Assembly (NCBI GenBank): GCA_963558405.1
Contig: CAUWGC010000003.1
Span: 32,001-96,000 of the forward strand
Source of the DNA: an uncultured Clostridia bacterium
GTDB lineage: Bacteria > Bacillota > Clostridia > TANB77 > CAG-508
Direction: 5' to 3'
Length of the DNA stretch: 64,000 nucleotides
Both the position numbers and the translations under genes were made by a program. The first letter of the stretch is position 1. Every line of letters starts with the position of its first letter. The notes below the pieces were generated by a model. The model was not told where the DNA came from. It did no database searches and worked only from the letters and a program-made list of their open reading frames with translations. Of this stretch, positions 21,218 to 30,740 are shown in pieces.

Positions 21218-21940
21218 TTATTTATTTTTTTCCCAACCTTTTATATTACTTCTTTTTATAGCACCGTATAAATTTGCTCTAATAGTAGGAATTTTTAAGC
21301 TAAAATCTTTTAATAATTCTTTCATATCTTCTCTTTTAGATATTCCATCCATAGGACAAGTTTTGGGCATTACTTCAATTTGATTTTTACGGATACATTT
21401 TTTTATTTCTTTTTCTGGTGCATATATAAGTGGTCTAATAAGTGTAATTTTAGAACGATCCATATAGCTTACAGGAGCAAAAGTAGAAATACTACCAGTA
21501 TAAAGTAAATTTAATAAAAAAGTTTCTAAAACATCATCTTCATTATGTCCAAGTGCTATTTTATTGCATCCAAGTTCAATAGCTGTACTATTTAAAATGC
21601 CTCTTCTTAGATTAGCACATAAAGAACAAGGATTTTTTTCTTTTCTAATATCAAAAACAATTTCTTTAATATGACTTTCTTTTTCTACATATTCTACACC
21701 AATTTTTTCACAAGTATTTTTTAAAAAAGTACTATCAAAAAAAGGAAAGCCAGGGTTTACGCTAACTGCAACTATAGAAAAAGAATTTGGATAAAAACGT
21801 TGTAATTCCTTTAGTCCCATAAGCATTGTGATTGAGTCTTTGCCACCAGATAAACCAACAGCAATTTTGTCTCCTTCTTCAATCATATTATAATCATCAA
21901 TTGCTTTTCTCATATAACTTAAAATTTTTTGTATTTGCAT
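21218..21940 (-). CDS. ttcA: tRNA 2-thiocytidine biosynthesis TtcA family protein (PP-loop)
   Basis: SGGKDS, CSLCANLRRG, LGHNEDD and IRPL motifs. Confidence 0.85.
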   Translation of the reverse strand: MQIQKILSYMRKAIDDYNMIEEGDKIAVGLSGGKDSITMLMGLKELQRFYPNSFSIVAVSVNPGFPFFDSTFLKNTCEKIGVEYVEKESHIKEIVFDIRKEKNPCSLCANLRRGILNSTAIELGCNKIALGHNEDDVLETFLLNLLYTGSISTFAPVSYMDRSKITLIRPLIYAPEKEIKKCIRKNQIEVMPKTCPMDGISKREDMKELLKDFSLKIPTIRANLYGAIKRSNIKGWEKNK

Positions 21941-22238
21941 ATGTAACACCTCTTTTGATTTTTATATTATACAGGCAAATGATAAAAATAGCAAGATATG
22001 TAAAGTATAAGAAGTTTTTGGAAATTGTATAGGTTAGAGGTGGGCAGATAAGTAAGATAAATTTTCAAAAAATATATAAAAATTTATCTTACTTATCGGG
22101 TTTTAAATTATAGTAAAAAAATAGAAGTTGAGACATTGGCATATTTTACCATATAAATTTTATATGATATTGCAAAATTTTACAATAAATGATATAATAA
22201 AAATAACTTTAAAATCAAATGAGAAGGGTGTGATTTAT

Positions 22239-22850
22239 ATGAAAAATAAATTAATTAAATGTTTAATTATTATATTTATTATTATTATAATTATATTTCT
22301 AGCAAATTTAATAAGAAAAATATATTTAATTGAGAAATATGATGATGAGAATGATAAATATCAAGCAAGTACAAATTTCTATCAAAGATATACTGAAGAG
22401 GATAGGATAACCGAGATATGGAGAAAAGGTGATGTTGCTTTGTTAAAAATGAAAGGAAAAGATGTAGAGAATATTTTATATTGGAGTAATGAACAATCTT
22501 GGATAATTTCTAATTCTTTAAATGGAGTAACAAAAACAGCAGTAAAATATGATGAGATGGCAATACAAATTCCCACAATATCAAATTCATATTTTAACAC
22601 AGAAGGTTTAATGGATTCAATTAAATTGGCCTTCAAATCAAAAATAACAACTGAAAATATAGAAAATGAAGAATGTTATAAATTTACATTAGATGATACT
22701 GAAGAATATGTAAATGTTTCTAATTTTAAGTTATTAAAAATTAAGGACGGTAATATGGTACGTGATAAAATTTATTATGAACTAGATACTGTAGAAGATA
22801 GTGAAATTGAATTTCCAAATTTAGAAGGATATAAGATTATAGATAAGTAA
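22239..22850 (+). CDS. Hypothetical membrane-anchored or secreted protein
   Basis: AAGGGTG RBS, ATG at 22239, N-terminal hydrophobic stretch. Confidence 0.7.
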   Translation: MKNKLIKCLIIIFIIIIIIFLANLIRKIYLIEKYDDENDKYQASTNFYQRYTEEDRITEIWRKGDVALLKMKGKDVENILYWSNEQSWIISNSLNGVTKTAVKYDEMAIQIPTISNSYFNTEGLMDSIKLAFKSKITTENIENEECYKFTLDDTEEYVNVSNFKLLKIKDGNMVRDKIYYELDTVEDSEIEFPNLEGYKIIDK

Positions 22851-23184
22851 TAAAAAATGTAAAAGAAAACTTTTAAAAATTAAACTAAAAGTTTTCTTTT
22901 TATTGTGATATATTGATAAATTTATAAATTGAAAAAAAGTTAAATGCAATGATAAGCAACATCACTGGAAAACCGTTTGACAAAAATATAAAATAATGTT
23001 ATTCTAATAATAGTTTAAGCATAAAGTCTGACAGACTAGATAGCACAGGTATGTGTGTAGGGACACATATCTTTTTATGCTCTAAAAAATCCTTATACTA
23101 TACATACATGTTAAGAACATCATTATAGGAATATCATTATAAAAAATATTATTTGACAAATAATATAAATATAGAGTATAATAA

Positions 23185-23275
23185 GTATAGAAAATGAGAA
23201 CCACAGAGTGGTTGCCTAATAAAATGTTAAAATAAACCATTTCACTTCGGCAAAGCAGAATGGTTTATTTTTTTA
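23185..23275 (+). ncRNA. Putative antitoxin sRNA convergent with a small hydrophobic ORF
   Basis: TTGACA(23153)...TATAAT(23177) promoter, no ORF, ends in hairpin AAATAAACCATT...AATGGTTTATTT plus T-tract. Confidence 0.5.
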
Positions 23276-23383
23276 TTTGCTCAAAATTACTACTAATGCA
23301 ATAATCAAGGCAATAGCTATGACAGTAACTACTACTAATCCAAAGAAAAGTAGATATATTATTTGTAATAATAATATTTCCAT
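23273..23383 (-). CDS. Putative type I toxin peptide MEILLLQIIYLLFFGLVVVTVIAIALIIALVVILSK (36 aa)
   Basis: GAGGTGG RBS, TTGATT-17-TATATT promoter near 23467-23495, almost entirely hydrophobic with terminal Lys; not in the ORF track. Confidence 0.65.
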   Translation of the reverse strand: MEILLLQIIYLLFFGLVVVTVIAIALIIALVVILSK

Positions 23384-23600
23384 AGCACCACCTCGCTTTC
23401 TCACAGATTAACTGTGTAATATGTAAGGTGGCAACACACTCTGCTTATCTCACTTTCTATGTTAATAATATATAATGTTTTTTATAATAAATCAAGTAAA
23501 AATAGTCAATTTGTAAAAAAATAACATTTAGAAGAAATATTACTTAACAATTTAAACTATTTACAAAACATCAATTTTTTGATATATTAATAAAGCAAAT

Positions 23601-23676
23601 GTATCTATAGCTCAACAGGATAGAGCACCCGCCTCCTAAGCGGGCGATGGTGGTTCGAGTCCACCTAGGTACACCA
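23601..23676 (+). tRNA. tRNA-Arg, anticodon CCT (reads AGG)
   Basis: Cloverleaf: acceptor GTATCTA/TAGGTAC, D stem GCTC/GAGC with A20, anticodon stem CCCGC/GCGGG with loop CT-CCT-AA, T arm GGTGG-TTCGAGT-CCACC, encoded CCA. Confidence 0.95.
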
Positions 23677-23699
23677 TTTTTTTATATAAGGAAAGTTTA

Positions 23700-24158
23700 A
23701 TGGAAGAGAAATATATGGAGCTTGCTTTAAAAGAAGCAAAAAAAGCATATAATAAGTTAGAAATACCAGTTGGTGCTGTTATTGTTAAAGATGGAGAAGT
23801 TATTGCAAAAGCTCATAATTTAAAAGAATCACATCAAGATGTTACTTCACATGCTGAAATTTTAGCAATTAGAAAGGCACAAAAAAAATTAAAAAACTGG
23901 AGATTAATTGATTGTGAAATGTATATTACATTAGAGCCATGTCCTATGTGTGCAGGAACAATTATACAATCACGTATAAAAAAAATTTATATAGGAACAA
24001 TGGATGAAAAAACTGGTGCATGTGGTTCTGTTTTAAATTTATTAGAATATCCTTTTAATCATAGAGTAGATGTTCAAAAGGGAGTTTTAAAAGAAAAATG
24101 TGAAAATATATTAAAACAGTTTTTTAAAGAGTTAAGAGAAATAAAAAATAAAAAGTAG
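23700..24158 (+). CDS. tadA: tRNA adenosine(34) deaminase
   Basis: EIPVGAVIV, HAE, TLEPCPMCAG and FFKELR motifs. Confidence 0.92.
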   Translation: MEEKYMELALKEAKKAYNKLEIPVGAVIVKDGEVIAKAHNLKESHQDVTSHAEILAIRKAQKKLKNWRLIDCEMYITLEPCPMCAGTIIQSRIKKIYIGTMDEKTGACGSVLNLLEYPFNHRVDVQKGVLKEKCENILKQFFKELREIKNKK

Positions 24159-24168
24159 GGGGATAACA

Positions 24169-24924
24169 GTGAAGATAGAAGAATCCAGAAAAAACACAAT
24201 TAAATTCTGTGTTTTTATTTCTATTATTATTTTATTAGTTATTATTTCAATTTTAACAGTATTAAAATATCAAGTAGAAGGTGAAAAAAATTTACCATTT
24301 ATAGTTAGTAAAATAACAGTAATTAGTACTGCAGAAGGAATAAAAAAAGAAAGTACAGAAAATAAATGGAATTTTGATTTAGTACAGAACAATGATATAT
24401 ATATACAAATAGAAAAAAATGAAGAATATAAAAAACAAGACTTTATACAAAAAATTATATTAGATGAATTTGAAATAGAACAAAATCCTAAGTTGGGAAG
24501 TATAAGAAAATATATGCCAAATAGCTTGGAAGGAAGAACATTTTTACATAAAGATGAGTTTTTAGTAGATACAAAATTAGAATACAAAGGTGCAAGTAAA
24601 GATAGTATGAAAGATTTACAAATAGGTAATCAAGGTGGTACTATTGGTATTAGATACGAAAATGGAAATCTTGCAGAGTATGTGTCTAATGAAGAAGAGG
24701 AAATTGTTCATGATGGAAAAATACTTGCTAAGGCTAATATTAATTTAGAAGATATTACTTGCAAAGTATCTTTTGATTTAACTATGAAATTATCAGATAC
24801 ATCGTATAAAACACGTATTACTGTAGACTTACCTTGTGGAGACATAATAAATAAAGGAACAGAAACAAAAATAATAGAAGGAAAAGAAAATTTAATTTTT
24901 AAAAGAGTTAATATAGGAGATTAA
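24169..24924 (+). CDS. Hypothetical protein with N-terminal TM
   Basis: GGGGG RBS, GTG start, 251 aa, operonic spacing. Confidence 0.75.
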   Translation: MKIEESRKNTIKFCVFISIIILLVIISILTVLKYQVEGEKNLPFIVSKITVISTAEGIKKESTENKWNFDLVQNNDIYIQIEKNEEYKKQDFIQKIILDEFEIEQNPKLGSIRKYMPNSLEGRTFLHKDEFLVDTKLEYKGASKDSMKDLQIGNQGGTIGIRYENGNLAEYVSNEEEEIVHDGKILAKANINLEDITCKVSFDLTMKLSDTSYKTRITVDLPCGDIINKGTETKIIEGKENLIFKRVNIGD

Positions 24925-24926
24925 AT

Positions 24927-25841
24927 ATGAAAAAACATGCATATCTTGTTATAGCTCATAATAATTTTTATATTTTAGAAACGTTAATACATATGCTAGA
25001 TGATAAAAGAAATGATATCTATTTGCATATAGATAAAAAAACAAAAAATTTTGATTTTGACAAATTTAAAAAAATACCAAAAGAATCAAATATATATTTT
25101 ATCAAAAGGCAAAGTGTAAATTGGGGAGGTTTCTCACAAATTAAATGCGAATTAGCGTTACTAAAAGAGGCAACCAAAAATAAATATGAATATTATCACC
25201 TTTTATCTGGTGTAGATTTACCAATTAAAACACAAAATCAAATTCATAAAAGGATAGAACAAGATAACGGAAAACTTTTTATAAATTATTCAGTGGATGA
25301 AGAAATAATACAAAATAATATTTTAGAAAGAGTAAATTTGTATCACTTTTTTCAAGAATTTGTAAGAAGAAAACAAAAAATAGTTTCAATTATTGCTAGA
25401 GCATTAGAAAAAGTAAGTTTAAATTTACAAAAAAGATTAAAAATAAATAGATTAAAGAAAAGAAATATAGAAATTAAATATGGAGCAAATTGGATTAGCA
25501 TTCCACATGTATTTGCAGAATATGTTTTATCTAAAGAAAAAGAAATTTATTCTATTTTTAAATATTCTAGCTGTGCTGATGAACTTTTTATACAAACATT
25601 AGCATATAATTCAGAGTTTAAAAAAGATATTTACGATTTAAACAATGGAGGAAATTATAACTCATGTTTAAGATCTATTGATTGGAAAAGAGGAAATCCA
25701 TATGTATATAGAACAGAAGATTTTGATGAACTAATAAATTCTAACTTTTTATTTGCAAGAAAGTTTGATGAAAAAATAGATATAGAAATAATAAATAAAA
25801 TAAAAGAATATGTTGAAAAACAAAAAGAGAAAAAAGTATAA
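24927..25841 (+). CDS. Core-2/I-branching beta-1,6-GlcNAc transferase family (GT14-like) glycosyltransferase
   Basis: HAYLVIAH, YLHIDKK, V.WGGFS, LLSGVDLP, GANW, DELFIQT and FARKFD motifs. Confidence 0.88.
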   Translation: MKKHAYLVIAHNNFYILETLIHMLDDKRNDIYLHIDKKTKNFDFDKFKKIPKESNIYFIKRQSVNWGGFSQIKCELALLKEATKNKYEYYHLLSGVDLPIKTQNQIHKRIEQDNGKLFINYSVDEEIIQNNILERVNLYHFFQEFVRRKQKIVSIIARALEKVSLNLQKRLKINRLKKRNIEIKYGANWISIPHVFAEYVLSKEKEIYSIFKYSSCADELFIQTLAYNSEFKKDIYDLNNGGNYNSCLRSIDWKRGNPYVYRTEDFDELINSNFLFARKFDEKIDIEIINKIKEYVEKQKEKKV

Positions 25842-25892
25842 ATTCTATTGCGTAATTTTAAAAAACAAGATATAATACAAAAGGAAAGTGAA

Positions 25893-26017
25893 AAGAGGCT
25901 GACCTTTGTATGGAAAGCATTTCAATAGGAACCTATGAACCTCGTCAGATCCGGAAGGAAGCAGCGATAAATAGTAATTTTTATGTGAAAATGCTTTCCA
26001 TAGAGAGGTCAGCTTTT
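25893..26017 (+). ncRNA. ffs: SRP RNA (4.5S type)
   Basis: GTCAGATCCGGAAGGAAGCAGC core at 25944-25965 inside a long hairpin (GCTGACCT...AGGTCAGC; TGGAAAGCATTT...AAATGCTTTCCA), upstream of dnaX. Confidence 0.92.
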
Positions 26018-26037
26018 TAAATTAAGGAAGTGAAAAA

Positions 26038-27687
26038 ATGTCTTATACAGCACTTTATCGTAAATTTCGTCCAAAGACTTTCTCAGAAATAGTAGGACAA
26101 GAGCATATTACAAAAACTTTAAAAAATCAAATTATGTCAGGAAGAGTAGGACATGCATATCTTTTTAATGGAGGACGTGGAACAGGAAAAACATCTGCTG
26201 CAAAGGTTTTAGCAAGAGCAATAAACTGTTTAAACCCTAAAGATGGTGAACCATGTAATGAATGTGAAATTTGTAAAGCAGCAATTTCAGGCTCTTTAAC
26301 AGATATTGTGGAAATGGATGCAGCATCTAATAATAGTGTAGAAGATATTCGTTCTATACGTGAAGAAGTAAATTTTTTACCTACTTTAGCTAAATATCGT
26401 GTTTATATCATTGATGAGGTTCATATGCTTTCTACAGGAGCATTTAATGCACTTCTTAAAACACTAGAAGAACCACCAGAACATGTAAAATTTATTTTAG
26501 CAACAACAGAACCACAAAAACTTCCTGCTACTATTCTTTCACGTTGTCAGAGGTTTGATTTTAAAAGAATACCAAATGATGATATTATAAGAAGGTTAAA
26601 AATAGTTTGCATGGAAAGCAAAATTGATATTACTGAAGAGGCATTAAGTACTATAGCAATTTTAGCAGAAGGTGGAATGCGTGATGCTTTAAGTATTTTA
26701 GAAAGATGCGTTCAAGATGGAGATACAAAAGTAGATACAGATAAGGTAAAAGATTTAGTAGGTATTCCAAAAACTGTTTTTATTTATCAAGTTTTAGAAA
26801 GTATATTAAAAAAAGATGCAGAAAATTGTTTACAAGTTTTAGAAAAAATATTAAATGACGGAAAAGATATTCAAAATTTATTATGGGAAATAATAAAGTA
26901 CACAAAGGACTTATTGGTATATCAGTCAAGTGGTAAAGTAGAATTATATACAGAAGAAGAAAAAAGTCAAATGGATTCTTTAATAAAAAATGCTAATAAA
27001 GAAAAACTTTTTTATATAATTTATGTTTTATCAGATTTAGAAAATAGAATGAAATGGTCTACACAAAAATCAATTTTATTAGAAACTGAGATAATGAAGT
27101 TATGTTTAGAAGAACATAGCAGTGTAAAATCAGAAACAGGTTCAAATTCTTCTTCTGGAGATAGTGAAAAAATGTTGACATTAGAAAAAAGAATTAGACA
27201 GTTAGAAGAAATATTAAAAAATATGCAATATAAAAATATAACTACAGGAGAAATAAAAAAAGAACCAATTTTAAAAGAAACAAATAAAGTTAAAGTTGAA
27301 AGCAATAAAAATAATATTGTAACCAAGCAAGATGATGCAATTAAAAATGCAAAAACAGTAGATTTTTGGCCAAAGGTAATGGATGAATTAAAACAAAGTG
27401 GAAAAATGATGTTATATACAAATTTAATTCATACAAATGCTAAAGAGCTAAATGACATGACAATAGGAATTGAATTTCCAAATGGAATGACAGCATTTGG
27501 AAAGACAGTATTAGAAAAACAAGATAGTATTTCTGAGCTTACAAAACTTGTGTCTATTGAATGTGGAAAACAAATGAGAATAAAATATATAGATGCTAAA
27601 AGCCCAATAAAAGAACAAAATACAAATGAAAATAATATAGAAGATTTTGCAAAAGGGTTTAATATCCCAATTGATATTGTAGATTAA
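26038..27687 (+). CDS. dnaX: DNA polymerase III subunit gamma/tau
   Basis: LYRKFRP, GGRGTGKT, EMDAASN, IIDEVHML and SRCQRF motifs. Confidence 0.97.
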   Translation: MSYTALYRKFRPKTFSEIVGQEHITKTLKNQIMSGRVGHAYLFNGGRGTGKTSAAKVLARAINCLNPKDGEPCNECEICKAAISGSLTDIVEMDAASNNSVEDIRSIREEVNFLPTLAKYRVYIIDEVHMLSTGAFNALLKTLEEPPEHVKFILATTEPQKLPATILSRCQRFDFKRIPNDDIIRRLKIVCMESKIDITEEALSTIAILAEGGMRDALSILERCVQDGDTKVDTDKVKDLVGIPKTVFIYQVLESILKKDAENCLQVLEKILNDGKDIQNLLWEIIKYTKDLLVYQSSGKVELYTEEEKSQMDSLIKNANKEKLFYIIYVLSDLENRMKWSTQKSILLETEIMKLCLEEHSSVKSETGSNSSSGDSEKMLTLEKRIRQLEEILKNMQYKNITTGEIKKEPILKETNKVKVESNKNNIVTKQDDAIKNAKTVDFWPKVMDELKQSGKMMLYTNLIHTNAKELNDMTIGIEFPNGMTAFGKTVLEKQDSISELTKLVSIECGKQMRIKYIDAKSPIKEQNTNENNIEDFAKGFNIPIDIVD

Positions 27688-27700
27688 GGAGGAAAATAAA

Positions 27701-28042
27701 ATGTCAAAAAGAGGTGGATTCCCAGGAATGGGAGGATTTGGAGGAATGAATCTTAATAGCTTAATGAAAGAAGCAAAAAAAATGCAAGCTGATTTAGAAA
27801 AATCACAAGAGGAATTGGCCATAAAAGAATTTGATGCAACAGCTGGAGGAGGTGCTGTTTCTGTAGTTGTTACAGGAAAAAAAGAATTAAAAGAAATAAA
27901 AATAAAAAAAGAAGTAGTTGACCCAGAAGATGTAGAAATGTTAGAAGATTTAATTTTAACATGTGTAAATGAAGCATTAAGAAAAGTAGATAGTGCTCAG
28001 GCTGCTCAAATGGGAAAATATAATATACCAGGATTAATGTAA
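27701..28042 (+). CDS. ybaB: YbaB/EbfC nucleoid-associated protein
   Basis: AGGGAVSV and VDPEDVEMLEDLI motifs; lies between dnaX and recR. Confidence 0.93.
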   Translation: MSKRGGFPGMGGFGGMNLNSLMKEAKKMQADLEKSQEELAIKEFDATAGGGAVSVVVTGKKELKEIKIKKEVVDPEDVEMLEDLILTCVNEALRKVDSAQAAQMGKYNIPGLM

Positions 28043-28063
28043 AGCATAAAGGATGTGTAATAG

Positions 28064-28666
28064 ATGTCAGAATATTATTCACCATCAATAGAAAAACTAA
28101 TTGAAGCATTTGAAAAATTACCTAGTATAGGTCATAAAACGGCAGCAAGACTTGCATTTCATATGTTAGATGCATCAGAAGAAGAAGCAAATGATTTTGT
28201 TTCTGCTATTGTAAATGCAAAAAAGAATTTAAAATATTGTTCTAGTTGTTATAATATTTCAGATACAGATCCATGTCCAATATGTGCAAATCCTTCTAGA
28301 AATGAAGAAGTTATTTGTGTTGTAGAGGATGTAAGAGATATTATGGCAATGGAAAGGACACATGAATTTAAAGGAAAGTATCATGTATTACATGGTTCAA
28401 TTTCGCCAATGAATGGAATTGGACCAGATGATATAAAAATAAAAGAATTATTATCTAGATTAATGGAAGGAACTGTAAAAGAAGTAATTATTGCTACAAA
28501 TCCTAGAGTAGAAGGAGAAGCAACAGCAATGTATCTTTCTAAATTAATTAAGCCATTAGGAATAAAAGTAACTAGAATTGCACATGGAATACCAGTAGGC
28601 GGAGATTTAGAATATACTGATGAAGTTACATTAAGTAAAGCTCTAGAAGGAAGAAGAGAATTATAA
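28064..28666 (+). CDS. recR: Recombination mediator RecR
   Basis: LPSIG.KTA.RLA, C4 zinc finger, YHVLHG and [11 protein letters not shown] motifs. Confidence 0.97.
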   Translation: MSEYYSPSIEKLIEAFEKLPSIGHKTAARLAFHMLDASEEEANDFVSAIVNAKKNLKYCSSCYNISDTDPCPICANPSRNEEVICVVEDVRDIMAMERTHEFKGKYHVLHGSISPMNGIGPDDIKIKELLSRLMEGTVKEVIIATNPRVEGEATAMYLSKLIKPLGIKVTRIAHGIPVGGDLEYTDEVTLSKALEGRREL

Positions 28667-28891
28667 AATATCATTTAAATTATTAGTATTTGTATCAGAA
28701 TTTATATTAGTGTCTAAATCTTCAAAATTATCTTTTTCGTTAGCAAATATAGATAATTTTGAAGTTAATGACGACAAAAATGTAATAAATGCATTTAATT
28801 CTTCTATAGAAAGTTCTTGAGCAATAAGAAAAGATAATGCATTGGAAAGTGCAATTAATTCACATGCGGATAGATTTTTAAAAAAATTCAA
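28661..28891 (-). CDS. Small hypothetical protein
   Basis: GAGGTG RBS then TTG at 28891; helical [25 protein letters not shown] pattern. Confidence 0.5.
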   Translation of the reverse strand: MNFFKNLSACELIALSNALSFLIAQELSIEELNAFITFLSSLTSKLSIFANEKDNFEDLDTNINSDTNTNNLNDIL

Positions 28892-28932
28892 AACACACAC
28901 CTCTATATTATGTATATGAGGTGTGTGTTTTT

Positions 28933-30105
28933 CTATTCCATATAATTTTCAGATTCTTTTTGACTTTCCATATAGGTAGAAGGACCAAGTAAAGTCTTAC
29001 AAATATCATAAGTAGAATATTTTTTTGCAAGTAATTTTGCGTTCTTTTTCATATCTTGTAATTTTTCATTATTGTTTAATAAATTTGTTAATATAGTTTT
29101 AGGATCATCATCTTTTTTTATCCAAACAGCAACATTCTTTTTTTCTAAAAATTCTGCATTTTCTACTTCTTGCCCAGGAAGAGGATTTATAATAACAATA
29201 GGCAAACCAGATACTAAACTTTCGGTTGTAGTTAGTCCACCTGGTTTTGTTACAACTAAATTAGAAATACTCATAAGTTCTGGGACTTTATCTGTATATT
29301 CTAAAATATGAATATCATTGTTTTTGTGGTTAATATTAACAACATTTTCAAAAGCTTTTTTCATTTTAAGGTTTTTCCCAGATATAGCAATCATTTGTAT
29401 ATTAGTAAAAGTTTTAGCAAAAGCATCTAATACAGCAACAGTTTTTTCTTTACCTAAACCTAATTCTCCTCCACCAAAAAACAAAACAATCTTTTTATTT
29501 AAATCCAAACCAAAATAATTTGCAATTTCTTCTTTACTATAATGTTTTAAAAAACGATTTGACAAAGGTATTCCTGTTGAATATATTTTCCCTGCTGGTA
29601 TTCCACAATCAATTAATTGATTTTTCATTCCTTCGTGTGCTACAAAATAGTAATCTATAAATTCATTTCCAACTATCCATTGATTATGAGGAGCATAGTC
29701 AGTCATTACAGTTGCAATAACAGAAGAAATTTTATTTTTCTTTTTTAAATAACTACACATTTGAGAACTAAAAGGATGTGTACTGATTATAATATCTGGC
29801 TTGATTTCTTGTAATAAATGATTTAGTTTGTGTGCCATTAATTTATTTGAAGTAGAACTAATTTTAGATAATGTACCTTTATCTGAATGGCGATATACTC
29901 TACCCCAAGCCCAAGGAGCTTTTCTAGCCATTTCCTTATATGCTGTTACAGATATTTTGTCTAAAACTTTGTTTATATATTTTACACAATCTATCATTTG
30001 TACTTCAATATCATTATAATTATCTTCTAAACATGTTTTTATTGATTTAGCAGCAGATAGATGCCCTCCTCCATAAGAAGCATAAAAAATTAAAATTTTT
30101 TTCAT
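28933..30105 (-). CDS. Diacylglycerol glycosyltransferase (MGDG synthase / UgtP-like, GT28)
   Basis: ASYGGGH, STHPF, TGIP, TKPGGLTTTE and PGQE.ENA motifs; ATG at 30105 after GGGAG. Confidence 0.88.
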   Translation of the reverse strand: MKKILIFYASYGGGHLSAAKSIKTCLEDNYNDIEVQMIDCVKYINKVLDKISVTAYKEMARKAPWAWGRVYRHSDKGTLSKISSTSNKLMAHKLNHLLQEIKPDIIISTHPFSSQMCSYLKKKNKISSVIATVMTDYAPHNQWIVGNEFIDYYFVAHEGMKNQLIDCGIPAGKIYSTGIPLSNRFLKHYSKEEIANYFGLDLNKKIVLFFGGGELGLGKEKTVAVLDAFAKTFTNIQMIAISGKNLKMKKAFENVVNINHKNNDIHILEYTDKVPELMSISNLVVTKPGGLTTTESLVSGLPIVIINPLPGQEVENAEFLEKKNVAVWIKKDDDPKTILTNLLNNNEKLQDMKKNAKLLAKKYSTYDICKTLLGPSTYMESQKESENYME

Positions 30106-30258
30106 AACAATCTCCCTTTTAAAAAGTAAAATGATTTTATCATATTTTTTTATAAATTTCAAAAGTTTAATAAAATTATAATAAAAAAGTAAAATTAAGA
30201 ATAATTTTCAAAAAAATAAGCAAAATAAAAGCAACAAGAAAATTATAGGAGGAAAATT

Positions 30259-30739
30259 TTGAAAAGAGTTATAAAATGTACAATATTAATTTTGATATTT
30301 GTATTTTTGATTATAGGAATCTATTTTTTACTTTTAGAACAAAAAAATAATGTTTCATTAGCAACAAGTTATGCTGGTAGTTCTTCAGATATTCAACTTA
30401 TGGCAAGAGCAATCAATCGGAGAGGCAAGAGGAGAACCTTATGAAGGACAAGTGGCTGTGGGAGCAGTTATATTAAATCGTGTAAAAAATCCTAATTTTC
30501 CAAATACAATTGCAGGAGTAATATATGAAAAAGGTGCTTTTACAGCAGTTGCAGATGGTCAGATAAATGTTCCAATTGAAGAAGGATCAACTGTATATAA
30601 AGCAGCTAGAGATGCAATGAATGGTTGGGATCCAACGGGGGGAGCTATTTATTATTTTAATCCAGATACTGCAACAAATAAGTGGATATGGTCAAGACCA
30701 CTAATTAAGACAATTGGAAAACACAGATTTTGTAAATAA
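30259..30739 (+). CDS. sleB: Spore cortex-lytic enzyme (SleB-type hydrolase), needs a +1 shift at CGG (30418-30420); 159 aa when joined
   Basis: AGGAGG RBS; signal peptide; LMARAIN-(C)-GEARGEPYEGQVAVGAVILNRV...IGKHRFCK; followed by ypeB. Confidence 0.88.
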
Positions 30740-30740
30740 T

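Noticed and set aside
22046-22098. Long inverted repeat GATAAGTAAGATAAATTT...AAATTTATCTTACTTATC as a MITE
   Set aside because: Single copy in the window, only about 50 bp, no target-site duplication; a hairpin or operator is sufficient explanation.
23601-23676. tRNA as a frameshift-suppressor or reassigned tRNA
   Set aside because: Normal 7-nt anticodon loop, CCT anticodon and Arg identity element A20; it cannot read CGG.
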